From the NCBI GenBank assembly GCA_965195345.1, contig OZ239628.1, positions 135,298 through 199,297 on the forward strand: a stretch of DNA of 64,000 bases, given 5' to 3'. Below the pieces are notes generated by a model that saw only the letters and a program-made list of their open reading frames with translations, made no database searches and had not been told where the DNA came from. Of the stretch, positions 37,711-46,303 are shown piece by piece. Each line of letters starts with the position of its first letter. The stretch's first letter is position 1. The translations under genes and the position numbers were made by a program. The stretch is from an uncultured Thiomicrospira sp. (GTDB taxonomy: Bacteria; Pseudomonadota; Gammaproteobacteria; CAKMZV01).

Positions 37711-38463
37711 ATGTTCATAAAAAAATTTATAAAAAGTTTACTCCTATCTTCTGTATTGATTGCTCCAGCCTTTGCCGTCGAATTAGCTCCTACATCAGAA
37801 CAACAAAAAATTCAAAAGGCACTTGAAGGTGTCATGGAAAATACGCACCTAGTAAAAGTCTATCTTTCTGATTTGCCAAATTTCTTTATCCTCCAAATTG
37901 GTGGGCAAACCGCTATGATTAGCAAAGACGGAAAATTTCTAATTGATGGCGATGTTATTGACTTAGATAATAGAAGAAGCTTATTAAAAGGTGTGCATAC
38001 AGCTTTCGTAGACAAGCAAATCAATGACATACCAGATGACCAAAAAGTCACGTTCAAAGCAAAAGACGAGTTAGCAGCCATACATGTTTTCAGTGATATA
38101 GATTGCGGTTACTGTCGCAAACTGCACAACGAAATAACAGCGTTAAACGATGATGGGATTACTGTACATTACTTAGCTTTTCCTCGATCAGGACCAGATA
38201 CAAAGTCTTGGAAAAAGAGCGAAAATGTTTGGTGTGCTAAAAACAAGCAGAACGCTATGACTGATGCTAAACAAGGAAAGTCAACATCTTCTTTCCCTCA
38301 ATCGGAAAACTGTTCAGTTGATATTGCAATGCAATATGAGCTTGGTCAAAAAATTGGTGTGCGTGGTACGCCTTCAATTATCATGCCTAACGGCGAAATG
38401 GTGCCAGGGTATCTTCCTGCTACTCAACTAGTTGCCAAAATTTTAAGCACCCCTCCTCAGTAA
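37711..38463 (+). CDS. dsbC: Thiol:disulfide interchange protein DsbC/DsbG family
   Basis: Signal peptide, an N-terminal dimerisation region, the thioredoxin-fold motif FSDIDCGYCRKLH and GVRGTPSII (cis-Pro loop). Confidence 0.85.
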   Translation: MFIKKFIKSLLLSSVLIAPAFAVELAPTSEQQKIQKALEGVMENTHLVKVYLSDLPNFFILQIGGQTAMISKDGKFLIDGDVIDLDNRRSLLKGVHTAFVDKQINDIPDDQKVTFKAKDELAAIHVFSDIDCGYCRKLHNEITALNDDGITVHYLAFPRSGPDTKSWKKSENVWCAKNKQNAMTDAKQGKSTSSFPQSENCSVDIAMQYELGQKIGVRGTPSIIMPNGEMVPGYLPATQLVAKILSTPPQ

Positions 38464-38474
38464 AGTAGCTTCCT

Positions 38475-39710
38475 ATGCGACCTGTGCTGCAGCTGGAGCT
38501 GGACTTTCTCAGCCCGCACCAGCGTAACACCGCACAAGAAGTTTTAGGAAAATGCATACATTGTGGATTCTGTAATGCTACGTGTCCAACCTATCGCATC
38601 CTTGGAGACGAATTAGATGGTCCTCGAGGAAGAATATACCAAATTAAAAATGTCTTAGAAGGCACTTCTGTTTCTGCTTCTTTTCAACACCACCTTGATC
38701 GATGTCTTACCTGTAGAAATTGTGAGACGACTTGTCCCTCAGGCGTTGAATACGGGAAACTATTAGACATAGGAAGACATATTGCTCGTAAAAAAGGCCC
38801 CCCTGCGCTTTGGCACCGCCGATTATTGGAATGGCTCGTTCTAGTATTTTTACCGTACCCCAATAGATTAAAACCCTTCCTTCGCATTGCACAGTTTTTC
38901 TCACCCGTATTGCCCAAAAAGCTATCTCAGAAAATTCCTTTAATTGGCGAAAAGAAACGCAACTTAACGCCTCTAACCACAGGCAAAAGAAAAGTTTTAA
39001 TTCCTGGAGGATGCGTTCAATCATTAGTCCAGCCCAATACTGTCGATGCCTGCATACGTATATTCAATCGGTTTGGCGTACATACCGTCACCAATCCCAA
39101 TCAATGTTGCGGAGCAATTGCACAACATCTTGGATCGGTTTCACTCGCAGAGAAACAAATGGTAGCCAACATATCGATTTGGGAAGAGGCTTTGGAGAAT
39201 GGTGTAGAAAACATCATCATAACCGCTTCAGGATGTGGAGTCACCGTCAAAGAATATCCACATTTGTTAGCAGATACCATCCACAAAACGCGGGCACAGA
39301 AAATAAGCGACGCGACTCTTGATATGTGTGAGTGGCTAAACCCCTCTATGGTTAAAGAACGATTCAACGATCAGCTTCCTCTACTTAAGGTTGCATTTCA
39401 ATCCCCATGCAGCCTTCAACATGGACAAAAAATCACTGGGAAAATTGAAGCACTGCTTCAGGCAGTGAACTGCGAATTATTACCTATTAAGGATGCGCAT
39501 TTATGTTGTGGATCTGCTGGAACGTACTCATTATTTCAACCAGATTTATCCGATCAACTACTCATGAGCAAAGTATCAAACTTACAAGAAACACAGTGCG
39601 ACTTAATCGTTACCGCGAACGTCGGCTGTCATCTATCACTTCAAGCACGCTCAAGCGTACCTGTTAAGCATTGGATTGAAGTAATAGATGAACGGTTAAA
39701 GCAGGCATAA
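38475..39710 (+). CDS. glcF: Glycolate oxidase iron-sulfur subunit GlcF-like (2x4Fe-4S plus CCG domains)
   Basis: CIHCGFCNATCPTY, CLTCRNCETTCPSGV, DGPRGRIY and two Cys-rich CCG-type regions (QCCG, LCCGSAG). Confidence 0.75.
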   Translation: MRPVLQLELDFLSPHQRNTAQEVLGKCIHCGFCNATCPTYRILGDELDGPRGRIYQIKNVLEGTSVSASFQHHLDRCLTCRNCETTCPSGVEYGKLLDIGRHIARKKGPPALWHRRLLEWLVLVFLPYPNRLKPFLRIAQFFSPVLPKKLSQKIPLIGEKKRNLTPLTTGKRKVLIPGGCVQSLVQPNTVDACIRIFNRFGVHTVTNPNQCCGAIAQHLGSVSLAEKQMVANISIWEEALENGVENIIITASGCGVTVKEYPHLLADTIHKTRAQKISDATLDMCEWLNPSMVKERFNDQLPLLKVAFQSPCSLQHGQKITGKIEALLQAVNCELLPIKDAHLCCGSAGTYSLFQPDLSDQLLMSKVSNLQETQCDLIVTANVGCHLSLQARSSVPVKHWIEVIDERLKQA

Positions 39711-39826
39711 TCGTTTTATCTGTTAATCTTTTCTATTTCAGAAGGAGACAATTCGTCTAAGAACTTCTCTCCCTGTTGTCTTGCTGTTTGCCTTTATTCT
39801 ATACATCCATAATAAAAGGATGTGAA

Positions 39827-40387
39827 ATGAAAAAGCTACAAAATAAACAAGAAGGCTTTAGCCTTATAGAAATTGCTATTGTATTAGTTATTATTGGCGT
39901 GCTAGCAGGCGCTGTAGTTAAGGGAGTAGCTCTCATAAATGACGCAAAGCTCTCAAAGGCGGAACAAGCCATTCAATCAATATCAACCGCTTATTTAACT
40001 TACTTGCGCTCGTATTCGGCCCCTCCCGGTGATGATAGCGTAGCAAACGAACGTTTTAACATAACCAACGCTAATGGCAATGGAGACACCGTTATCAGTT
40101 CAGAAGAGTCTAACAATGCTTGGTTGCATTTACGAAATGCAGGATTTATGACTGGCTCTGGAAGCCTTGCCCCTTTACACCCATGGGGAAGCGCCTACAA
40201 CCTTATACACAGCGTCGTATTCGCACGGAATGCGTTGTGCTTAAACGCAGTACAAGGTGATCAAGCGAGCATTCTTGATAACAGATTAGACGATGGACGA
40301 CCAAATTCAGGAACTATTCGATCAGACAACGCTCTGCACACCGCCTATGACGCATCCACAAACTATAATGTTTGTTCTCCGTTATAA
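39827..40387 (+). CDS. Prepilin-type N-terminal cleavage/methylation domain protein (pilin/pseudopilin-like)
   Basis: MKKLQNKQEG/FSLIEIAIVLVIIGVLAGAVV is a class III signal peptide (G-F-S-L-I-E). The ATG at 39827 is preceded by AAAGGA. Confidence 0.75.
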   Translation: MKKLQNKQEGFSLIEIAIVLVIIGVLAGAVVKGVALINDAKLSKAEQAIQSISTAYLTYLRSYSAPPGDDSVANERFNITNANGNGDTVISSEESNNAWLHLRNAGFMTGSGSLAPLHPWGSAYNLIHSVVFARNALCLNAVQGDQASILDNRLDDGRPNSGTIRSDNALHTAYDASTNYNVCSPL

Positions 40388-40392
40388 AGAAG

Positions 40393-40425
40393 AAAAAAGC
40401 GGGATTTTGTTAAAAATCCTTTTTG
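40393..40425. terminator. Bidirectional rho-independent terminator between convergent genes
   Basis: AGAAAAAAGC-GGGATTTT-GTTA-AAAATCCT-TTTTG forms a perfect 7-bp stem (GGATTTT/AAAATCC) with a 4-nt loop, an A-run upstream and a T-run downstream. It lies between the pilin-like gene (+) and gshB (-). Confidence 0.7.
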
Positions 40426-40453
40426 ACAAGGCTATTCTCTTTTGTGCCAACGG

Positions 40454-41401
40454 CTATGCCTGATTAAAAACGACACTCTGAATCAAATGCAAGGCGATAT
40501 TTGATCCTGTGTGATCATCAATTTCGCGTACGCACGTTGGACTGGTAATATTAATTTCGGTTAAAAAGTCACCAATAACATCCAATCCTGCAAAGTAAAT
40601 GCCTTTATCAACAAGATCTTTCCCAACCTGATCACAAATCCATTTGTCTCGTGCGCTCAATGGCTGGACAACACCTACGCCCCCAACAGCTAAATTGCCA
40701 CGAAAGTCGTCACCTGAAGGGATGCGAGCCAAAACATGCTCAACAGGTTTCCCATTAATTAGTAATATCCGCTTGTCACCAGCTGTTATCTCAGGCAAGT
40801 ACTTTTGAGCCATCACGCTACGTTGTTGCTGAAGAGAAATTGTATCCAATATGACCTGCGTATTTGGATCGCCTAAGCGCACTCTAAAAATTGAGTCACC
40901 ACCCATTGAATACAAAGGCTTCAATACAATATCTTCGTGCATATGCAAAAATTCTAAAAGAACCGATTTTTTCCTACTTACACAATGGGCGGGGCAACAT
41001 TGGGGGAAATCGAGAGCGTATAATTTTTCATTGCAATTGCGAATCGATGAAGGGCGGTTTATTACGCGCACCCCTGTTTTTTCAACCTTTTCTAATAAAT
41101 AAGTAACGAGTAGATATTCACTGTCAAACGGTGGATCATGACGAATAAACACAAAATCCATTTCTGAAAGCGACATGCTTTGTAATTCTGATACTCGCAC
41201 CTCAGAAAACGCTATTGGAGTTGCAACCTCAATACGCGCCACATCAGCAAGCACTTCATCGTTCAATAAGCGCAATGATGCGGGGGTTGAATAATAGCAG
41301 GTACATCCGCTTTGCTGACCCGCTAATATCATAGCCAAAGTGGTGTCTTTTTTCTTGTTAAGGCGATCCAAAGGATCCATCAGAAAAAGAATTTTCTTCA
41401 T
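40454..41401 (-). CDS. gshB: Glutathione synthetase
   Basis: MKKILFLMDPL..LNKKKDTTLAM, FIRHDPPFD, NEKLYAL, ATP-grasp region KPLYSMGG and GLDVIGDFLTEINITSP. Confidence 0.92.
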   Translation of the reverse strand: MKKILFLMDPLDRLNKKKDTTLAMILAGQQSGCTCYYSTPASLRLLNDEVLADVARIEVATPIAFSEVRVSELQSMSLSEMDFVFIRHDPPFDSEYLLVTYLLEKVEKTGVRVINRPSSIRNCNEKLYALDFPQCCPAHCVSRKKSVLLEFLHMHEDIVLKPLYSMGGDSIFRVRLGDPNTQVILDTISLQQQRSVMAQKYLPEITAGDKRILLINGKPVEHVLARIPSGDDFRGNLAVGGVGVVQPLSARDKWICDQVGKDLVDKGIYFAGLDVIGDFLTEINITSPTCVREIDDHTGSNIALHLIQSVVFNQA

Positions 41402-42669
41402 GCTTTTTGCGTGATCTCTAAAGCAGCAGCAGCAGCGGCAAGCCTTGCAACAACACCATATATGTAAAATCGGTTTTTTTCACTTGCAAGCGTATTCATA
41501 CAAACCATTGGCTCCTTCAAAGCCAGAGGACTAAAATGCATTCCGGGAGAGTTGAGACTTTCGTCAGCGCCTTTATTCTTATGAATTCGATAAAAGCCAC
41601 CAACAACAAAATGATCGATCATATAAACCACCGGCTCGGAAACATTACCATCTCCAACCGTTTCTACACTATAAACCCCTTCTTGCAATAGTACTTCATT
41701 GATACTAACACCTTCTTTTCCGACTTTCATTTTATTACGTTTCTTGCGATTGAGCTGCTTAACTTCGCTGGCGCTACGGATTGCAACTACGCCCATTCCA
41801 TAAGTGCCCGAAGTGGCTTTCATCATTACATAGGGTTTTTTACTAATGCCATATTCGGTGTATTTGCTTTGTGTTTTTTGCAGTAGTGCGTCCACTTCGT
41901 GTTCAAGTTGTTGTGTCGTTTCAGCACTATCCAAATCAATTTTGACGCCTTCATCAGGCGACATTGGCGTAACCAGCCATGGATCAATTCCCAGCATGTT
42001 TGAAAAAGATTCAGTAATCTCCTGATATGCTTTGTAGTGCCCTTGCTTAGTTCTTTTGTGCCACCCAAGCTCAAAGGGTGGAATAACATGCTGCCCGTCA
42101 AGCCCTTTAAGTAAATTGGGAGCGCCTGAGGATAAATCATTATTTAAGACGATTGCACAGGGCACAAAATCATTATCTACATATAAGTAATCTTCTCTAA
42201 TGACTGGAAAGATAGTTATGGATTTCCCTCCCTCAAGATCTATTACTCGAGGTTCTTTTACCTCTGGGTCAATGCTACCAATTCGAACGCGAAACCCTGC
42301 TTGCGCTATCAATGTGTAAAGTCTAAATAAACTTTCAAGATAGAAGGCATTTCTTGTGTGGTTTTCTGCAATAATTAAGACTTGATGCGCACGCGGACAA
42401 TACCTTAGTATTGCATACTCTAATGCAGGTAAGCACAGTGGTTCTGAATCAACATGCAAGTTATTGAATCCGGCTGGAAACAAATTAGTGTCCACAGGAG
42501 CGACCTTAAAGCCTGCGTTCCTAATATCGACAGAAGTGTAGAATGGCGCAGGATTTAATAACCAATGCCTATGCAACCAATACTCTATGTCTAATTGTCT
42601 ATTGAAGAATATTTTTTCTAATTCGAGAAGGGGACCTTTGAGAGACGTTTGGAGATTAGGGACGATCAT
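41398..42669 (-). CDS. gshA: Glutamate--cysteine ligase (the non-enterobacterial 'T. ferrooxidans-type' family, from memory)
   Basis: It overlaps gshB by 4 nt. The segment FYTSVDIRNAGFKVAPVDTNLFPAGFNNL matches my recollection of this GCL family. I preferred the ATG at 42669 over the TTG at 42720. Confidence 0.65.
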   Translation of the reverse strand: MIVPNLQTSLKGPLLELEKIFFNRQLDIEYWLHRHWLLNPAPFYTSVDIRNAGFKVAPVDTNLFPAGFNNLHVDSEPLCLPALEYAILRYCPRAHQVLIIAENHTRNAFYLESLFRLYTLIAQAGFRVRIGSIDPEVKEPRVIDLEGGKSITIFPVIREDYLYVDNDFVPCAIVLNNDLSSGAPNLLKGLDGQHVIPPFELGWHKRTKQGHYKAYQEITESFSNMLGIDPWLVTPMSPDEGVKIDLDSAETTQQLEHEVDALLQKTQSKYTEYGISKKPYVMMKATSGTYGMGVVAIRSASEVKQLNRKKRNKMKVGKEGVSINEVLLQEGVYSVETVGDGNVSEPVVYMIDHFVVGGFYRIHKNKGADESLNSPGMHFSPLALKEPMVCMNTLASEKNRFYIYGVVARLAAAAAALEITQKA

Positions 42670-42741
42670 GGGTGGAATGTTTTTATTAGTCTTATGATTA
42701 AGCGTGACATTATAAGCCAAGATAGATTGCTTAACGCTTGT

Positions 42742-43434
42742 ATGCTGGTTGATTTAAAGGCAAATGTTGAGTTACTTGATGAAGTTGATTCAACCAACTC
42801 TACGGCATTGTCAAATAAAAAAGATACTCATCTATTGGTTGCGACCCGTCAAACGCAAGGAGTTGGTCGGAGAACAAACCGATGGAACTCACAACCTGGG
42901 GATGTGATATTGTCGTATTCTTTTATGTACTCTTCACCTCCACCCAGCCATTTTTCTTTAAATGTAGGCGTGGCAATCAGTGAAAGTTTGCGCCGTCTCG
43001 GAGGCAAGGAGCTGCTTATTAAGTGGCCTAATGACTTAGTGTACTCTCTCGAGAGCACACTAATCAAAGTTGGCGGAATTTTGATAGATGTAGCCTCTCA
43101 ACAAGAGAAGTTTCTTTGGGTTGTTGGTGTGGGGATTAATGTCACCACATCACCTGGGCTTCGACAACTACATATCGACGCCCCTCTTGAACGTATAATC
43201 GCTCATGTGGCCAAAGCCATTGAAGATGCTCCGCATGAATTCGATATAAATCGATTCAATGAATTCAATGCCTTACAAAATAAACGCATCACTTTTATAA
43301 ATCCTAAAGGAGAAACCATTTCAGGGCGTGCACGCTCCATCGGTAAAGACGGAACTCTAGGAATAGAAATATCAAAAAAAATGCATTTTTTTAACAATAT
43401 CCACTCAATCCGCTTACATGAAACTACTAATTGA
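42742..43434 (+). CDS. birA: Biotin--[acetyl-CoA-carboxylase] ligase (group I, no N-terminal HTH)
   Basis: LLDEVDSTNS, ATRQTQGVGRRTNRWNSQPG, KWPNDL and GGILID. I chose the ATG at 42742 to avoid overlap with divergent gshA. Confidence 0.85.
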   Translation: MLVDLKANVELLDEVDSTNSTALSNKKDTHLLVATRQTQGVGRRTNRWNSQPGDVILSYSFMYSSPPPSHFSLNVGVAISESLRRLGGKELLIKWPNDLVYSLESTLIKVGGILIDVASQQEKFLWVVGVGINVTTSPGLRQLHIDAPLERIIAHVAKAIEDAPHEFDINRFNEFNALQNKRITFINPKGETISGRARSIGKDGTLGIEISKKMHFFNNIHSIRLHETTN

Positions 43435-44134
43435 TTTAGGGAGCGGTAGTTTGAAATGGTGCCTATCAAGCGACATCAACGCCATTAACCGCACATCTTT
43501 GGATGCGTTTATAGAAACCATGCAATCATTTGATGATGTTGAGCATGCTTTTATCAGCAGTGTAAGAAACCAAGATCAAACATCTACCTTAGTTCATTTT
43601 CTAAAACAACGGATTGACTTTGTTGAAAACTTAGCGCCCAACAAAGATATTCTTGATTCTGCGTACAACAATATTACCCACCTCGGCATTGATCGATGGT
43701 TGTGTATGGTTGGTGCTATGGAACAAGCGCCCTGTCTTGTAATAGACGCAGGAACGGCAATAACTATTGACTATATTGATCTCATCAATAATCGTCCCTT
43801 TCACGCCGGTGGCTGGATTTTACCTGGGCATACATTGATGTTAGAAACACTTCTCAATCAAACCAATCTCAGCGAAAAGCCACGTGACAATTCAACATTT
43901 TGGGGAAATGACACTCAAAGTTGTATGTACAACGGCATAGAAAATTCATATACAGCGATTATAAATCATGCCCAAAAACAAACAAACACGCCGATCATTC
44001 TAACTGGAGGCGATGCACCAAAACTTTTCAATGCTTTATCAAATCAAAATAATCATCGCCTGAATCAAATGGAAGAGCAACCTTCTCTCATTTTTTCAGG
44101 GATGTTAAAAACGATACTATTTGCAAATCAATAA
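43418..44134 (+). CDS. coaX: Type III pantothenate kinase
   Basis: MKLLIDLGSGSLKW, GIDRW, VIDAGTAITID, GG.ILPG and the classic birA-coaX adjacency. Confidence 0.8.
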   Translation: MKLLIDLGSGSLKWCLSSDINAINRTSLDAFIETMQSFDDVEHAFISSVRNQDQTSTLVHFLKQRIDFVENLAPNKDILDSAYNNITHLGIDRWLCMVGAMEQAPCLVIDAGTAITIDYIDLINNRPFHAGGWILPGHTLMLETLLNQTNLSEKPRDNSTFWGNDTQSCMYNGIENSYTAIINHAQKQTNTPIILTGGDAPKLFNALSNQNNHRLNQMEEQPSLIFSGMLKTILFANQ

Positions 44135-44330
44135 CAGCTAAATCCTCATCCTCTGCACCAAATTTTACTCGTGAAACTTGTCAATAACGTACATAAACGA
44201 CGGTTACAAGGACCATCCTTGTCAACGAGACTGTGTTAAATTCCCCTCTGTATATTTTTTTGTGGAATGCTTCATTTATTCATGCCATATCAAGCTAAAA
44301 TAATGCTATTAGAATACTTGTATATCATTC

Positions 44331-44846
44331 ATGTCTGACACTCCAAGTTTTTCAAATTTATGCCGCCCTATTATTGAAGAAATAGGTCAAGTCCTTGTTC
44401 ATCGTAAGTGGCTTTTAGCATCTGCTGAATCCTGTACCGCAGGGTGGTTTTCTAAAGCATGCACAGACTTGCCTGGCAGTTCAGCGTGGTTCGAATGTAG
44501 TATTTCGTGCTATAGCAATTATTCTAAACGTGAGTGGCTAGGCGTCCGCCACGCAACAATTGATCATTTTGGCGCGGTCAGCGATGAAGTCGTCGCAGAA
44601 ATGGTTCAAGGTTTGCTTAGTAGATCGCGCGCATCCATTGGTGTAGCCATTAGTGGCATTGCTGGTCCAAATGGAAATACAGAAGATAAGCCAGTAGGTA
44701 CTGTTTGTTTTGCATGGCGAACAAAAGACGGGTTTAATGTTACTCAGCGAACGCGATTTGACGGTTCACGCACCGATATTCGCCAACAATCCATCTTCTA
44801 CGCGCTAAGCGGGATTAAACAAATTCTCAACTCAAAGGAAAATTAA
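44331..44846 (+). CDS. pncC: CinA C-terminal domain protein / NMN amidohydrolase PncC
   Basis: [33 protein letters not shown] and [11 protein letters not shown]....[10 protein letters not shown]. Confidence 0.85.
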   Translation: MSDTPSFSNLCRPIIEEIGQVLVHRKWLLASAESCTAGWFSKACTDLPGSSAWFECSISCYSNYSKREWLGVRHATIDHFGAVSDEVVAEMVQGLLSRSRASIGVAISGIAGPNGNTEDKPVGTVCFAWRTKDGFNVTQRTRFDGSRTDIRQQSIFYALSGIKQILNSKEN

Positions 44847-45853
44847 TGAACGAAGATAAAAAAAGAGCATTAGAGGCCGCATTAAAGCAAATTGAAAAAC
44901 AATTTGGCGCGGGTTCTGTCATGCGTATGAAAGATGAGGCAATGGAACATCACAGCATTAAAGCTGTATCAAGTGGTTCTATAAGCCTTGATGCTGCCCT
45001 CGGTATAGGTGGTTATGCATGTGGACGTATCGTTGAAGTATTTGGCCCTGAATCTTCTGGAAAAACGACTCTCGCATTACACGCTATTGCTGAAGCTCAA
45101 AAAAATGGTGGCACCGCTGCGTTTATCGATGCAGAGCACGCTCTTGATCCAGTCTATGCCCAAAAGGTTGGCGTGAATCTGGACGATTTGTTGGTATCTC
45201 AACCAGATACTGGTGAACAAGCATTAGAAATAACCGACACCCTCGTTCGTTCTGGCGGTATCGACATGATCGTTATTGATTCTGTAGCTGCCTTAACACC
45301 TAAAGCAGAAATTGAAGGCGATATGGGAGATTCTCATATGGGTTTGCAAGCTCGACTAATGAGTCAAGCATTGCGCAAACTAACGGCTAACATAAAACGT
45401 ACCAACACCATTGTTATCTTCATCAACCAAATTCGCATGAAAATTGGCATCATGTTTGGCAGTCCAGAAACCACAACGGGTGGAAATGCCTTGAAATTTT
45501 ATGCGTCCGTTCGCCTTGATATTCGTCGATTTGGTGCAGTCAAGCGCGGAGATGAAATCGTAGGTAATGAAACGCGCATTAAAGTTGTAAAAAATAAATT
45601 AGCCCCCCCATTTAAGCAAGTCGAATTAGAAATCACCTACGGGGAAGGCATCTCAAGAATGGGAGAAATAATCTCTCTAGCAGTGGAACACGATATCATT
45701 GAGAAGGCTGGGGCTTGGTATAGTTATAAGGGCGAGCGCATTGGACAAGGTAAAGAAAAAGCCAAAGCATTCCTTCAAGAAAACGCAGAGATGGCTTCAG
45801 AAATTGAAAGCACAATACGGACGTTACTTCTGCCCAAAAAACCAACCTCTTAA
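44846..45853 (+). CDS. recA: Recombinase RecA
   Basis: [40 protein letters not shown] and [38 protein letters not shown]. Confidence 0.98.
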   Translation: MNEDKKRALEAALKQIEKQFGAGSVMRMKDEAMEHHSIKAVSSGSISLDAALGIGGYACGRIVEVFGPESSGKTTLALHAIAEAQKNGGTAAFIDAEHALDPVYAQKVGVNLDDLLVSQPDTGEQALEITDTLVRSGGIDMIVIDSVAALTPKAEIEGDMGDSHMGLQARLMSQALRKLTANIKRTNTIVIFINQIRMKIGIMFGSPETTTGGNALKFYASVRLDIRRFGAVKRGDEIVGNETRIKVVKNKLAPPFKQVELEITYGEGISRMGEIISLAVEHDIIEKAGAWYSYKGERIGQGKEKAKAFLQENAEMASEIESTIRTLLLPKKPTS

Positions 45854-45862
45854 AGGGAAAGA

Positions 45863-46303
45863 GTGGTTGGGGACATCGAGGCAGATCGCCTTAAAAAAAA
45901 ATGGCTAAACATGCTTGCTCGCCGAGATCATTCAGCAGGTGAATTGCGTAAGAAATCGCTGGAATTTTCCACCGACCTTGTTGAAAAAACATTAAAAGAA
46001 TTTTCTGATAAAGGGTGGCAAAGTGATGCCCGTTTTACATCCGCTTTTATTCGATATCGTTTTGAGCAAGGCAAGGGTATCAAACTAATTCGCTATGAAT
46101 TGAAAAATAGAGGCATCAGTGAAGATTGCATTGATGAAGCATTGGAACAGTTTCCTCGCGAGTCTTGGAAATCTCAATGCGAGCGAGTCTATTTGAAAAA
46201 GTTTCCCACGCCACCAAAAAACTATCAAGAAAAGCAAAAAAGAAGACTCTTCTTGGCTAATCGAGGTATTGATCTCGACCTTATTAGAGAAGTTGTTAAA
46301 TGA
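45863..46303 (+). CDS. recX: Recombination regulator RecX (GTG start)
   Basis: LNMLARRDHSAGELRKK, DARFTSAFIRYR and its position directly after recA. Confidence 0.85.
   Translation: MVGDIEADRLKKKWLNMLARRDHSAGELRKKSLEFSTDLVEKTLKEFSDKGWQSDARFTSAFIRYRFEQGKGIKLIRYELKNRGISEDCIDEALEQFPRESWKSQCERVYLKKFPTPPKNYQEKQKRRLFLANRGIDLDLIREVVK

Noticed and set aside
44135-44330. LexA/SOS box upstream of cinA-recA
   Set aside because: Only weak matches are present, for example CTGTATATTTTTTTGT (CTGT-N8-TTGT). No CTGT-N8-ACAG palindrome exists. The ACAAGGA-CCA-TCCTTGT hairpin at about 44207-44223 lacks a T-tract, so I do not call it a terminator either.
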